This document shows positions 19,372 to 29,458 of a DNA stretch of 64,000 bases, piece by piece; within the stretch, counting starts at the first letter, position 1, and each line of letters begins with the position of its first letter. Under the pieces are notes generated by a model that was not told the origin of the DNA, ran no database searches, and was given only the letters and a program-made list of their open reading frames with translations. Source of the DNA: a virus; UHGV virus genome UHGV-1372779; one strand, written 5' to 3'. The position numbers were made by a program, and so were the translations under genes.

Positions 19372-19576
19372 TTTAGAAGAAATTCTTAAAGAAGAAAAAC
19401 ATAAATATCTTATAAGATTTAAAGGCAAAAATGAAGAATCTAATTTTGAGGCAATGAATATTATAGAGCTCACCTATGAAGAGCTCGATGTACATAGTAT
19501 AATCGATAAATTAGAAGAGGAAGAAGATTTTAACATTGAAGTTGTCTTTATAGATGATATAAAACTCTTAATATAG
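19364..19576 (+). CDS. hypothetical small protein
   Basis: ORF track. Confidence 0.4.
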   Translation: MSNLEEILKEEKHKYLIRFKGKNEESNFEAMNIIELTYEELDVHSIIDKLEEEEDFNIEVVFIDDIKLLI

Positions 19577-19610
19577 TAGCACTTAATTGTGCTACTATTT
19601 AAATCTTAAC
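19574..19610 (+). terminator. possible hairpin terminator (9-bp stem tagtagcac / gtgctacta, loop ttaatt, followed by tttaaatctt)
   Basis: Read in sequence. U-tract weak and interrupted. Confidence 0.3.
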
Positions 19611-19612
19611 TT

Positions 19613-19894
19613 ATGAGTATAAAAAACTTATTAGAAAAATTATTTAGGGATAAGAGATTATCCAGAGAAGATTTCAATACTTTAATCATAGAGTATATTG
19701 ATAAAGAAAAAGGAAGAGAACCAACTGCTCAAGAGTTAAATCTAATTTATCAAGGATTTATGTCTGGAGAATTTAGTATTGATTATGTTGCCAACATGAT
19801 TAGTAATAACCCCAATAGATATAAAATTCAAGTAAGTAAATTATACTCTAGAGAAGGTAATTTAATTAAAACTTATGTGCATGAACTTAGTTGA
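19613..19894 (+). CDS. hypothetical protein
   Basis: ORF track. Confidence 0.4.
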   Translation: MSIKNLLEKLFRDKRLSREDFNTLIIEYIDKEKGREPTAQELNLIYQGFMSGEFSIDYVANMISNNPNRYKIQVSKLYSREGNLIKTYVHELS

Positions 19895-20219
19895 GCAATT
19901 TCTAGAAGATGATTATTGGGAACTGAATAACTCTGAAGATCCTATAATAGAAATAGGTTATGATAGATTTAAAAGAGTATATATCAGAGGAGAGTTATTT
20001 GGGACAATGTTAGTTTGTAGAGATGGCAATCTAGAAGATCCTCATATTTGTATTCATCTTATATTGAATGATGGAAATGATTGGCATCTCAATGATGATA
20101 ATGCTGGATTTAGTAGTGGGTGGCTTCCAGACCTGCAAAAAGTATTAAGTGATACTGAACAATGGTTAAGACAAAATGCTGATCCGTATAAACACTATGG
20201 TTATCAATTTAAATTTTAG
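19875..20219 (+). CDS. hypothetical protein
   Basis: ORF track. 20-nt overlap with previous ORF in another frame. Confidence 0.4.
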   Translation: MCMNLVEQFLEDDYWELNNSEDPIIEIGYDRFKRVYIRGELFGTMLVCRDGNLEDPHICIHLILNDGNDWHLNDDNAGFSSGWLPDLQKVLSDTEQWLRQNADPYKHYGYQFKF

Positions 20220-20224
20220 ATATT

Positions 20225-20401
20225 ATGGAACTTTTTGAAGATAGTTATGATTATTTAGAAGACGATAATGATGAGTTTGATGAGGACTTATTAGATGAAA
20301 TAGAGTCTATCCCAGAAACTGAATTGAAGAAAATTATTCAAGAATTTGATGAAGAAGACCCAGAAGAGTCAGAAATTCTTGAAGATAAAATAAATATTTA
20401 A
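20225..20401 (+). CDS. possible 58-aa hyper-acidic peptide (not in ORF track, below its length cutoff)
   Basis: ATG at 20225. Translation MELFEDSYDYLEDDNDEFDEDLLDEIESIPETELKKIIQEFDEEDPEESEILEDKINI. Fills an otherwise unexplained gap. Confidence 0.3.
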   Translation: MELFEDSYDYLEDDNDEFDEDLLDEIESIPETELKKIIQEFDEEDPEESEILEDKINI

Positions 20402-20523
20402 ATGAAGGATTACAGTAATACACTATCAGAAATAGAATCTCTTAAAAATATTATTCTAGAGGATTTATTTAAGATGATACTGAAATTGAAAAGAAGCTAG
20501 AATTTATTGAAGGAAACAATCTT

Positions 20524-20754
20524 TTGAATTATGGAGATTGGATAGATGAAATGCCTCTTTCTCTTAATAAATTAATAGAATATGATGGAGGAGATCGTTG
20601 GGAGAAAAGAGAATCTTTATCATTTTTAAATATCTATGAAAGATTTGTTAAGTGGGATGCAGAGTACTCTACCCAACAAAGGAGGGAAATCCTTTTAGAT
20701 ATTTGGAATTATGTTAAAGAAACAAAAACAATAGGAACAGTTTTAGATTGGTAA
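20524..20754 (+). CDS. hypothetical protein
   Basis: ORF track. Confidence 0.4.
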   Translation: MNYGDWIDEMPLSLNKLIEYDGGDRWEKRESLSFLNIYERFVKWDAEYSTQQRREILLDIWNYVKETKTIGTVLDW

Positions 20755-20755
20755 T

Positions 20756-21040
20756 ATGGCAAAAAGAGCAAAGAAAATAAAAGAAATTCCAATTACTAAA
20801 GAACTCTGGATGAGTATCTTAGCAATGGATTCTAAGAATAAATTCAATAAAAATCTCAATTGTAAATTTGTTTCAGAAGAGAAGATTTCTAGTAATACCT
20901 ACGATAGTTTATGGAGATTAACAGTTGTAGATTGTGAATCTAATGAATTATATTGCATTAAATATGTTAGATTTATAGAGGATGGCAAATTAGACATTGA
21001 TATAAATAATCCTTATTATTGTAAAATTTATAAGATATAA
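20756..21040 (+). CDS. hypothetical protein
   Basis: ORF track. Confidence 0.4.
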   Translation: MAKRAKKIKEIPITKELWMSILAMDSKNKFNKNLNCKFVSEEKISSNTYDSLWRLTVVDCESNELYCIKYVRFIEDGKLDIDINNPYYCKIYKI

Positions 21041-22074
21041 TGTACGCAGATATTATAAACAGTCTAATCTATGAATATTGGATTGAGCTTAAGATAACCA
21101 AGTTAAGGGAGATTCAAAAAGAATTTGATGGATTAACTGATGAACAATTATTAGAATGTTGTTTAGGAATTGCTAAATTCGAAGATGATGAAGGAGGTTT
21201 AACATTAGTGCATAATACAGATTTAAAAAATCTTGATGAAGAATTATCCATAGAGTGCAGAGCTAAAAAATTTAAAGAAAAATATAAAAAGTCTATGGAT
21301 AGTATTATAGGATATTCTAAAGGAGTTTCTACATATAGTGATGAGAACAATTTAGATGATTTAGATCTTTATATTAACTATGTTGCAGCAGCTTGTAGAG
21401 ATTTTAAAAATATTCCTAAAGAACTTAAAGAATTTAACAAATTAGTTAAAAAGAATTTTATTCTTGACGAGAAGCAACTTTTACTAGATTTATTAATTAA
21501 AGAAGTAGAAGAAGTAAAAGAAGAGCTATCTCAAGCTCCTGAAAAGAAAGAATTAAATTTTGATCCTCTCTATGCTGTAAATATGTTAGGATTAAATAAA
21601 AATCATACAGCTCTAAATTTTATTCAAATAACTGGAGAAAATGGATTTCATTATCTTGACGAACATAGAATAGCTCAAAGGGATGCTTATCAAACCAACA
21701 AAATTGTTTCTGATGATATAGTGGATTCTGTATGGAATAGTGGATGGTTAGCTCCAGATGGAACTTTCTATGGTTGCCCAGATTTAAATCACAATGATCT
21801 AGATGATAGATTATGGAGACATCTTAGCAACGGTGATACAAATAATGGAGAGACTTCTAGCAGAAGTATAGAAAAGTTAGGTTATATAAAATTATCCAGT
21901 GGAAGATGGTTATTGCCAGATTTAGATTATATACCTACTAAAAGACAATTAGAAGAAATTATTAGGTGTCAAGATGATAAATATAAAACACCCAGAACCT
22001 ATTATAAAGATGGGTTCATAAGTGTAGAAGTTCTTAAATCTAAGTTAAAAAATAAAGAAATTTATCCTGATTAA
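21040..22074 (+). CDS. hypothetical protein (344 aa)
   Basis: ORF track. TAATG overlap. No motif recognised. Confidence 0.5.
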   Translation: MYADIINSLIYEYWIELKITKLREIQKEFDGLTDEQLLECCLGIAKFEDDEGGLTLVHNTDLKNLDEELSIECRAKKFKEKYKKSMDSIIGYSKGVSTYSDENNLDDLDLYINYVAAACRDFKNIPKELKEFNKLVKKNFILDEKQLLLDLLIKEVEEVKEELSQAPEKKELNFDPLYAVNMLGLNKNHTALNFIQITGENGFHYLDEHRIAQRDAYQTNKIVSDDIVDSVWNSGWLAPDGTFYGCPDLNHNDLDDRLWRHLSNGDTNNGETSSRSIEKLGYIKLSSGRWLLPDLDYIPTKRQLEEIIRCQDDKYKTPRTYYKDGFISVEVLKSKLKNKEIYPD

Positions 22075-22075
22075 T

Positions 22076-22438
22076 ATGGAATTGTTTAATATTTATGCTG
22101 GATTAGGTGGAGGATTTGGAGGAGCTAAATATGAGTTTACTTCTAAATTTGACTTAAAAGAAGAGGCAGAAAATTGTGCCTATGAACAAGCTGTTCAATA
22201 CTACGAAATGTATGCAGGTTCTCATGGATTAGATTGTTTGGATGATTGTATTAATGAAGCATTAGAAAGCGGAGAGTTTCCTGAGGATACTCCAAGGGAT
22301 GATGATGAATTACTTGATTATGCAGGAGAAATCTATATGGAAAGAGTAGAAGGGTGGTTAGATTTCTTTGCCATTGAGACTAGTAAGGATATTAATACAG
22401 AAAGACTTAAGAAAGAGAAAATATATAAGGAGTGGTAA
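22076..22438 (+). CDS. hypothetical acidic protein
   Basis: ORF track. Gly-rich N-terminus, D/E-rich body. Confidence 0.45.
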   Translation: MELFNIYAGLGGGFGGAKYEFTSKFDLKEEAENCAYEQAVQYYEMYAGSHGLDCLDDCINEALESGEFPEDTPRDDDELLDYAGEIYMERVEGWLDFFAIETSKDINTERLKKEKIYKEW

Positions 22439-22454
22439 TTAAAAAGAAATAATC

Positions 22455-22715
22455 ATGAGTAGAAGTTTTAAATTGCCTATTTATAAAGACAGAGGTAGGT
22501 ATAAGAAAAAGTATTGGAAATGGGTTAGATCATCTATAAACAATGTATTAAGATCTCAGTTGTGTAATGATTTAGATAATTTAGAACTTCCCAATCCTAA
22601 GACTATTGTAAACGATTGGGACTACTCTGATTATTCTTTTGAATATCATAGTGCTTTAATTAAGAGAAGATTTAAGGGGCTGAGAAAAAAAAATTCAGAA
22701 AAGATCTCAGAGTAG
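22455..22715 (+). CDS. hypothetical basic protein
   Basis: ORF track. K/R-rich. Confidence 0.4.
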   Translation: MSRSFKLPIYKDRGRYKKKYWKWVRSSINNVLRSQLCNDLDNLELPNPKTIVNDWDYSDYSFEYHSALIKRRFKGLRKKNSEKISE

Positions 22716-22752
22716 TTAATTATGATAAAGATATGGAATATTTACTAAGAAA

Positions 22753-23184
22753 ATGAATACTGATAAATTATATCTATATGTGCATCCGGAACATTCTTGT
22801 TATATACTGATTCTAGTAACAGACAAATTTTATGATTCCAGGAATGTATGTGCTTGGCTAACTGATACTGTAGGAGAATATTCTGTGGGCAAAGATTATA
22901 CTTCATGGAGAAATTCTGAAGGAAACTGTCAAGAAAAAGCAAAGTATTATTTAGAAACAGAAGGTTTTAGAGGAGATTATGGATTTGACTGTAGTTGTAC
23001 AGCAAGTTATGAAGGCAAAAATGCTATAGCAATCTTCTTTTCTAATGTTTCTAATGCAAAAGAAGCATTAAGAAGAGCGAAGGATAAAAGGTTCAAAGAA
23101 GATGAAGATTGTAAATTTTTATCTCTTAATGTGTTAGAATCTTATATAATAAATTATAATGTAGAAAGAACTTTAAAAAAGTAG
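22753..23184 (+). CDS. hypothetical Cys-containing protein
   Basis: ORF track. Confidence 0.4.
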   Translation: MNTDKLYLYVHPEHSCYILILVTDKFYDSRNVCAWLTDTVGEYSVGKDYTSWRNSEGNCQEKAKYYLETEGFRGDYGFDCSCTASYEGKNAIAIFFSNVSNAKEALRRAKDKRFKEDEDCKFLSLNVLESYIINYNVERTLKK

Positions 23185-23188
23185 AATT

Positions 23189-23689
23189 ATGATAGATGTA
23201 AATGAATTAATCAAAAGTGCTTTGAAAAACAAAAGCCAAATTGAACTCAATGTATATAGATCAATTAAGACTAAAATAACTGAGTTCAAAAGTGCAAAAA
23301 ATGCTAAAAACTATACAGAAGCAGCTGAGATTCAATTGCTTGATAAAATGAGAAGAGAGAGATTGGATAGTGCTAAAGAATATTCTAAAGGAGGGAGATC
23401 AGATTTGGCTGCAACTGAAATAGTAGAAGCTGAAATCATAAGCAAACTACTACCTAAATCACCAAGTGAATCTGAACTGAATCTAGAAGTTAAGAATTGG
23501 ATTAAGAAAAATAATTATATCATGGAGAAAGAAAGTTCTGAATATCAAGTTAATGGGATTCCCTTAATAGAAGAGTATGAGCAAATTCCTAAAAAAGAAA
23601 TGGGAAGATGCATTAAGGAAATTAAAGAGAAACTTCCTTTAGCTGATGGTGGTTTACTCTCTACTATAGTTAAGAAATATTTAGTTTAA
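23189..23689 (+). CDS. YqeY/GatB-like domain protein
   Basis: N-terminal half (SALKNKSQIELNVYRSIKTKI...AEIQLLDKMRRERLDSAKEYSKGGRSDLAATEIVEAEIISKLLPK) matches the remembered YqeY pattern (K.GR.DL...E..E...L..YLP). Confidence 0.5.
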   Translation: MIDVNELIKSALKNKSQIELNVYRSIKTKITEFKSAKNAKNYTEAAEIQLLDKMRRERLDSAKEYSKGGRSDLAATEIVEAEIISKLLPKSPSESELNLEVKNWIKKNNYIMEKESSEYQVNGIPLIEEYEQIPKKEMGRCIKEIKEKLPLADGGLLSTIVKKYLV

Positions 23690-23695
23690 CAAGAT

Positions 23696-24469
23696 ATGGA
23701 AGCAATTAAAATTAATTCTAAATATTTCAAGGCATTTCTTAAAGGAGAAAGTTCTTATGACTCTAATGGAGAAGAGTATCATATAAAATTAACTAATTCT
23801 GAGCAAGTAGGAAGATCTAGTAATGGTAATAAGTATTTTTATGTATATGGTTATAATATGATAGATGGGAGAAAATATATAACTGATTGGACTACTAATA
23901 AAAATAATAAATTGTTAGATAACTTTCTTTATTTTTATGAAGTAAATGATAAGAGTGAGTATGATACTATAGTTGATTCCTATAAAAAACTTGATAGTGA
24001 TCAAGTAATATATACTTCATTTTTACCTAAACAAATAGAAAAACTTCCTAAGAAAGAAGCCAAGAAAGAGCCTAAAAAGGAAGAAGTTAAGAAAGAATCT
24101 AATCCTATTAGAACCTTCGAACGTTTTGGAATAGATGTTGATAAACTGGCAAAAATCTATTATAACATTAAAGGAGAAATTAGAAGATCTTCAAATCCAG
24201 GATTTTATAATCTAGATTATGAATATTTATCCAGTGAATCTAAAGAAATTCTAAAAGAATTTATACAAGCTTCTTATTGTTGGGGTGTTACTGAATATCA
24301 TAATAAATACATAGAAATTTTAACCAAACATGGGTGGAAATATGGAAAGCTTTATGATCTATATGGTAAAATTGATCCTGAAATGAATCCAGAAGGCCCT
24401 TCTTATTTACAAAGTTGTGAATATTTTGTTTTATCAAACTTAATTAAGGGATTTAAATTAAATGGTTGA
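23696..24469 (+). CDS. hypothetical protein (257 aa)
   Basis: ORF track. Confidence 0.45.
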   Translation: MEAIKINSKYFKAFLKGESSYDSNGEEYHIKLTNSEQVGRSSNGNKYFYVYGYNMIDGRKYITDWTTNKNNKLLDNFLYFYEVNDKSEYDTIVDSYKKLDSDQVIYTSFLPKQIEKLPKKEAKKEPKKEEVKKESNPIRTFERFGIDVDKLAKIYYNIKGEIRRSSNPGFYNLDYEYLSSESKEILKEFIQASYCWGVTEYHNKYIEILTKHGWKYGKLYDLYGKIDPEMNPEGPSYLQSCEYFVLSNLIKGFKLNG

Positions 24470-25046
24470 TAATTTTGATTTAATAGAAAATCTTCTTAAA
24501 TTTGAATCAGCTGATGATTTTTACTTTCTTCAGCTGATCAAAAGAAAGAAGGAGAATAATGAGCTGGGATCTAATAATAGAGTAATTAGAAGTTACTTTA
24601 TTAAGAGTAAAGAACAGCTTAGAAAGCATGAAAAAGAGATCAAAGATCTCTGTACTGTTACTAATTCTAGAGCTTATATAAATTTAAATAGAAGATCCTT
24701 AAGAAGAATAGGATTAGCTACTTTAAAAAATATAACTGATCATATAATGAATGAGGATTATGAACATATTCATAGAGCTTATACTACTGTATGTGGGCAA
24801 TATAAATATGAAAATAATCCTACATTTATCATTGATATAGATGAAGAATTAGGAAGAAAGCATAATGATATGATTAGATTTATAGAAACAGAGTGTGAAC
24901 CTATTGGTAATAAATTTGTGACTATAGTTCCAACTAAAAATGGGAGTCATATTATTATGAAATCTTTTAATCTACAGAAATTTAAAGAAAAATATCCCGA
25001 TGTGGATGTACATAAGAATAATCCAACTATATTATTTATACCTTGA
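24462..25046 (+). CDS. hypothetical protein (194 aa)
   Basis: ORF track. Confidence 0.45.
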   Translation: MVDNFDLIENLLKFESADDFYFLQLIKRKKENNELGSNNRVIRSYFIKSKEQLRKHEKEIKDLCTVTNSRAYINLNRRSLRRIGLATLKNITDHIMNEDYEHIHRAYTTVCGQYKYENNPTFIIDIDEELGRKHNDMIRFIETECEPIGNKFVTIVPTKNGSHIIMKSFNLQKFKEKYPDVDVHKNNPTILFIP

Positions 25047-25333
25047 TTATGTTTTGGAGAAGGAAGAAAAGAAGAGAGGAGAATACACAATTAGCCAAAT
25101 TAACTATTGAAGAAGCTCAAAAAATTACTAAATTGTGTGAGGAATTGAAGGATCTTGAAGAGTTTTTAAACTATCACAAAAACAGTTATTTCCCAGAACA
25201 ACTCAAGATAGGAGTTTGGCATAATAGCACATACTTCAGTTACTACACTTCAGAAAATCTTACTAATAGTATTATATCAGCTGCAATATGTAGAGTAGAG
25301 GAACTTAAAAATATATTGAAAAATTATGACTGA
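25043..25333 (+). CDS. hypothetical protein
   Basis: ORF track. ATGA overlap. Confidence 0.4.
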   Translation: MIMFWRRKKRREENTQLAKLTIEEAQKITKLCEELKDLEEFLNYHKNSYFPEQLKIGVWHNSTYFSYYTSENLTNSIISAAICRVEELKNILKNYD

Positions 25334-25613
25334 GTTAGAATTAATAATTAATAAAATAGATTCTAAAGTTAAGCTGTCCGAAGAGGAAATAGAATGGCTG
25401 CTTTGGGAAACTGAAGAAATCTCTGTTGAAAGAGGAGAACCTCATAGATGGAACACTCCAGTTTCAACTGTTGTTAAAGCATTAGGAAGGTATTTTCAAA
25501 TAGATTGGTGGAAAGCTAATACTGAATATCAAATGCATTTTTATGATAATCAGCCGTATGAAGTAGAGCCTTATGAAGAAACTATGGTTGTGACTAAGTA
25601 TAGAAAAATATGA
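25326..25613 (+). CDS. hypothetical protein
   Basis: ORF track. Confidence 0.4.
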   Translation: MTELELIINKIDSKVKLSEEEIEWLLWETEEISVERGEPHRWNTPVSTVVKALGRYFQIDWWKANTEYQMHFYDNQPYEVEPYEETMVVTKYRKI

Positions 25614-25819
25614 GATACATTATTGTAAATGATGATTTTAAAGACTTTAAAATTATGAAAGATGATTCCGATAATATTAAAGTGTTTAAAAACCGCAGAG
25701 AGGCAAATAAAGAGGTTAAATTGTTTGAATATGGAATAGTAGTTCCTCTAATAGATTATGAAGAATTAAGAGATACTATAATTGAGGATGTTTCAATAGC
25801 AATAGATAATAATTTTTAA
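25610..25819 (+). CDS. hypothetical protein
   Basis: ORF track. Confidence 0.4.
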   Translation: MRYIIVNDDFKDFKIMKDDSDNIKVFKNRREANKEVKLFEYGIVVPLIDYEELRDTIIEDVSIAIDNNF

Positions 25820-25820
25820 A

Positions 25821-26138
25821 ATGGGCAAATATTTTATACATTGTGACACCAATTGGTGTGGTGAACAAGAAACTTACAGAGTTATAGCAGATAGTGAAGA
25901 TCAAATATATGATTTGGCTGAACAATTAGCTTATGATAATTTTAGAGAAGGCGATCATATGGAAGAAATTATGGCAGATCTTGGATATTATTATGAAGAC
26001 GATCCAGAGGCTTATGAAGAGGCTTGGAATTGTATAGATGAAGCTCAGTATTATGATTATGCTATAGAAGAAGCTGATGAAGATGAGTGGGATGAATATG
26101 ATGATATAATATATAATCTTTCAAATGAAACTAATTAA
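25821..26138 (+). CDS. hyper-acidic small protein (about 37% D+E; DNA-mimic-like composition)
   Basis: Translation is dominated by D/E/Y (…EEADEDEWDEYDDIIY…). Confidence 0.45.
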   Translation: MGKYFIHCDTNWCGEQETYRVIADSEDQIYDLAEQLAYDNFREGDHMEEIMADLGYYYEDDPEAYEEAWNCIDEAQYYDYAIEEADEDEWDEYDDIIYNLSNETN

Positions 26139-27102
26139 GCCATCTTTTGAAATAATTGAACAACTTCCAGGAGAAGAGGGGATATATAAACAAATTGAAT
26201 TAGCTGGAAGAGTGTGTTGGAAATCTGAGAATAAGATAACAGAAGATTCTTACAAGAACTTCATTGAAATGCTTAAAAGTAAACAACATTTAAGTGTGTT
26301 GGAACATGGAACTGTTTATTTGAAATATGATATAATAGAACATAGATCCATGAACATGGCTAATAAGTACTATTTCAACAAGTATTCTAAAGCAGTTATT
26401 GGTCATGAACCTCTGCATGGTTATGAAACTCCAGAATATAAAGAGAGATTTAATGGTCATACATGTGCTTGTATTACTACTAATTATAGAGTATTAGTAG
26501 AAAATAATTGGCTTGATGATCTTAAATATTTATGTGAACCTACTGAGAATCATCAAAAAAGAATCACAGTTAGATTTATATTAGACAGAGCTATTGCAAA
26601 TGAGTTTGTAAGACACAGAGTATTTAGTTTTGCTCAAGAATCTACTCGTTATTGTAATTATAGCAAAGATAAGTTTGGTGGAGAATGTATCTTTATAATG
26701 CCTAGTTGGTTGCCTTATATTCCTGGAAATTGGGGGATTTCTGAAACAGAAGATTATTGGGGAAATTATAGTGGAACAATTATTACCTTGAGTGGCAAAA
26801 ATGTAGAGCATGACGTTTTTAAAGAAGATAGAGAACATTTTAAAGCGTATATTACAAGTCTAGAAAATTCTGAATATGCATATTTTAACCTTTTAAGCAA
26901 GGGATGGACGCCTCAACAGGCTAGAGTTGTGTTACCTAATAGTCTTAAAACTGAATTAGTAATGACAGGATTTGTGGATGATTGGAAACATTTCTTTGAA
27001 CTAAGGTGTGCATCATCTGCTCATCCACAAGCTAGGGAATTAGCGGAACCTTTATATTCTGAATTTGTTAAAAGAGGATACTTCAATGAAGAGAATTGTT
27101 AA
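26125..27102 (+). CDS. thyX: flavin-dependent thymidylate synthase ThyX
   Basis: ThyX signature FVRHRVFSFAQESTRY (RHRxxxxxxxSxR). Size 325 aa. Confidence 0.85.
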   Translation: MKLIKPSFEIIEQLPGEEGIYKQIELAGRVCWKSENKITEDSYKNFIEMLKSKQHLSVLEHGTVYLKYDIIEHRSMNMANKYYFNKYSKAVIGHEPLHGYETPEYKERFNGHTCACITTNYRVLVENNWLDDLKYLCEPTENHQKRITVRFILDRAIANEFVRHRVFSFAQESTRYCNYSKDKFGGECIFIMPSWLPYIPGNWGISETEDYWGNYSGTIITLSGKNVEHDVFKEDREHFKAYITSLENSEYAYFNLLSKGWTPQQARVVLPNSLKTELVMTGFVDDWKHFFELRCASSAHPQARELAEPLYSEFVKRGYFNEENC

Positions 27103-27319
27103 AGAAACTCTAAGAAATGGAGATGCTCAATATAGAGTAGAAACTAATAGATTTCTTGGATTTATACCCTGTAAGTGGAGGACAGATCTAGTATTTGATG
27201 TAGAATTAGATAGGTATCTAGGTGCTATATTTGATTCTTATGATGAAGCACTAATTCATTGTGGAAAACTTCCAGAAAGATTAGAAGTAATTAATAGAAA
27301 CATACTTGAAGAAATATGA
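27065..27319 (+). CDS. hypothetical protein (true start may be the internal ATG at 27086)
   Basis: ORF track. Overlaps ThyX 3' end. Confidence 0.4.
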   Translation: MLKEDTSMKRIVKETLRNGDAQYRVETNRFLGFIPCKWRTDLVFDVELDRYLGAIFDSYDEALIHCGKLPERLEVINRNILEEI

Positions 27320-27567
27320 GAGAATTTGTTACCGCAAAAACTATAAAAGCTCGTCAAGATGCAAGATCTAAGGAGCTTGAAGATGCACAAATGCTAAGAT
27401 TATTTGATGAAATCTATAATTCCTCAGAAAATGGAGATGCTTACTACACCTTCATTTATGAACAAATTACTCCAAGTAATTTGAAAAAACTTGAAGATTT
27501 AGGATTTAGTGTAGACAATCTTAGTGATTTTAGAGATGGAATTTGTTTTAAAATAAGTTGGGCATAA
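27316..27567 (+). CDS. hypothetical protein
   Basis: ORF track. Confidence 0.4.
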   Translation: MREFVTAKTIKARQDARSKELEDAQMLRLFDEIYNSSENGDAYYTFIYEQITPSNLKKLEDLGFSVDNLSDFRDGICFKISWA

Positions 27568-27785
27568 TGGAAAAATATAATAAAAAATCTGTTTATGAAA
27601 AGCTAAAAACATTTGATTATTTATCAAAAGAAGATAGCTTTATAGAAGTTACAGAATGGCATAATGGAGAAGGCTGGGATATTACCATAGATGATAAGGT
27701 CATATCTCTGACTCATGGCCAACTAGCAGCAATAAATTATTTAACTAGTACATTAGATTATTATGAAGAAGTTCAATGTAATTAA
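27558..27785 (+). CDS. hypothetical protein
   Basis: ORF track. Confidence 0.4.
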   Translation: MGIMEKYNKKSVYEKLKTFDYLSKEDSFIEVTEWHNGEGWDITIDDKVISLTHGQLAAINYLTSTLDYYEEVQCN

Positions 27786-28077
27786 TTTCAACTTTAATTC
27801 TAGAAAAATGGAATCATTTGATGTGATTCCATATCTAGTAGATTGTTGTGAAGAGAAAGATCCTAAACCAAAGACTTTTGAAGAATATAAAGAGGTTATT
27901 AAAGGTGAAAGCTTTTATAGATTTTGGTCTAGGTGTGAATATGAAATAATTCTTACAGATTGGCCTAATCAAAAGATTTCTGAAAAGTGGGATGTTCACA
28001 AACAAATAATGATGAACTTAGATATAATAACAGAGATAGTAATGGAGGAAGTAAAAATAAGAAATATTATACAGTAG
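27763..28077 (+). CDS. hypothetical protein
   Basis: ORF track. Confidence 0.4.
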   Translation: MKKFNVINFNFNSRKMESFDVIPYLVDCCEEKDPKPKTFEEYKEVIKGESFYRFWSRCEYEIILTDWPNQKISEKWDVHKQIMMNLDIITEIVMEEVKIRNIIQ

Positions 28078-28087
28078 ACTGGGCATT

Positions 28088-28453
28088 ATGATAAATGAAG
28101 AAGAGCTAACATCGAAGATTGATAAAGATTTAAATGATGATTTAGATTATTTAAATGAATTTCCTTGTAATACTCATCATAATGAAATTTTAAAATTTGA
28201 AGACAGAAGCTATGTATTAACTAGTTACCTTGGAATTATGATTTACTATGATCATAACGAAAAGTGTCTATTTGTAGTTAATATTTGTAAATCTGATGAA
28301 TATTGGGAACTTGATAATATAGAAAATTCTTTATTCTGTTTAGATGAAGAATATTTAAAACTTATCTCTAAATTAAAACTTTATTTAGAAGAAAGTTTTG
28401 TTAAAGAGTATTATACATCTAGTAAAGAATTATTTAATTTAAAATGGAAATAA
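28088..28453 (+). CDS. hypothetical protein
   Basis: ORF track. Confidence 0.4.
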   Translation: MINEEELTSKIDKDLNDDLDYLNEFPCNTHHNEILKFEDRSYVLTSYLGIMIYYDHNEKCLFVVNICKSDEYWELDNIENSLFCLDEEYLKLISKLKLYLEESFVKEYYTSSKELFNLKWK

Positions 28454-28454
28454 T

Positions 28455-28640
28455 ATGGAAATAATTTATAAAGATGAGTGTTCTGATTTAAAGTGCATAT
28501 TAGATGAGTGTACTACTTTGGACGAGATAATGCCTATTTTTTATAAAATGTTAATGACGGCAGGTTATGCTCCTGAGACTATTATAAAATGTTCAAATAA
28601 ATCTTTGGAGGAAATATTTAAATTTGTTGATACTAAATGA
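28455..28640 (+). CDS. hypothetical protein
   Basis: ORF track. Confidence 0.4.
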   Translation: MEIIYKDECSDLKCILDECTTLDEIMPIFYKMLMTAGYAPETIIKCSNKSLEEIFKFVDTK

Positions 28641-28825
28641 TTGAAATTCTAAAATGGCATAATTTAATAGCAATATTAATAAATATTATATTTATAAGTT
28701 TCATTATTGCTGGTCATGTTGATTATAAAGAGACTAAAGATCATATAACAGGTATAGGTCTTTTTATATTGATAATACTGTTACTAGGATTTGACCTAAT
28801 TTGGGGTGGAATTTATTGGTGGTAA
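28637..28825 (+). CDS. small 2-TM membrane protein, holin candidate
   Basis: 62 aa. Hydrophobic helices LIAILINIIFISFIIAG and GIGLFILIILLLGFDLIWGGIYWW. About 0.8 kb upstream of the SLT-domain gene, near the end of the plus-strand module. Confidence 0.35.
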   Translation: MIEILKWHNLIAILINIIFISFIIAGHVDYKETKDHITGIGLFILIILLLGFDLIWGGIYWW

Positions 28826-28828
28826 ATT

Positions 28829-29269
28829 ATGTCACTAAAACTAGACTCTAAAACTCATCTATTAGCAGAAGATTATGTTTACTCAATAATCTTAATTAAT
28901 AAAGATAGTGAACACAATTTAATTCAAGATACTATATTTTCTATAATTAAAGGATTTTTAAATCTGTTCTCTATTAAGAAAATTAAATCCCAAACTGTGG
29001 GATTAGTAATTAATGGAGAATTTAGACCAAACGGTATAGTGGTATATTGGCTAAAAGGTAAGTGTAAGACAATAGTTTTAGATAGTATACCATTATACCA
29101 AATTGAAACCATAATTAATCATTGTGAGGAGGTCAATATTCCAGTGTATAAGAATATTGATTTTAAGACAAAAGTTCTTAAAAGTGCCTGTTTGGGGCCT
29201 TATTGGACAGATAGATTGGCAAAAGTCCACCCAGTGATCAAGGATGAAATTTTGAAAAGAATTAAATAA
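28829..29269 (+). CDS. hypothetical protein
   Basis: ORF track. Confidence 0.4.
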   Translation: MSLKLDSKTHLLAEDYVYSIILINKDSEHNLIQDTIFSIIKGFLNLFSIKKIKSQTVGLVINGEFRPNGIVVYWLKGKCKTIVLDSIPLYQIETIINHCEEVNIPVYKNIDFKTKVLKSACLGPYWTDRLAKVHPVIKDEILKRIK

Positions 29270-29458
29270 TTTCAATATTATGACAGAAGAACAAACTAAC
29301 ATCTTAGCTTCCTGTATGGAAGATATAGATGACATAAAAGAAAGAATTAAGGAAGGTTTAGATTCATCTAGAGAAATTTCTTTAGCTCTGACTAAGTTAG
29401 ATGAAGCCAATTTATGGCTAGAAAAGTTATATTGGGATACTAATAAACTTGTTGACTA

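Noticed and set aside
24462-25046. 2H-phosphoesterase (Acb1/LigT-like) call for the 194-aa protein
   Set aside because: It contains His residues (GSHIIM, HIHRAY) but neither fits the H-x-T/S-x motif pair. No support.
21114-29410. Minus-strand ORFs in the track at 21114-21350, 22745-22942, 26581-26838, 28924-29112 and 29093-29410
   Set aside because: Each lies entirely inside or across well-supported plus-strand genes (for example 26581-26838 inside ThyX). The translations are low complexity and there is no independent support. Treated as shadow ORFs of AT-rich coding DNA.
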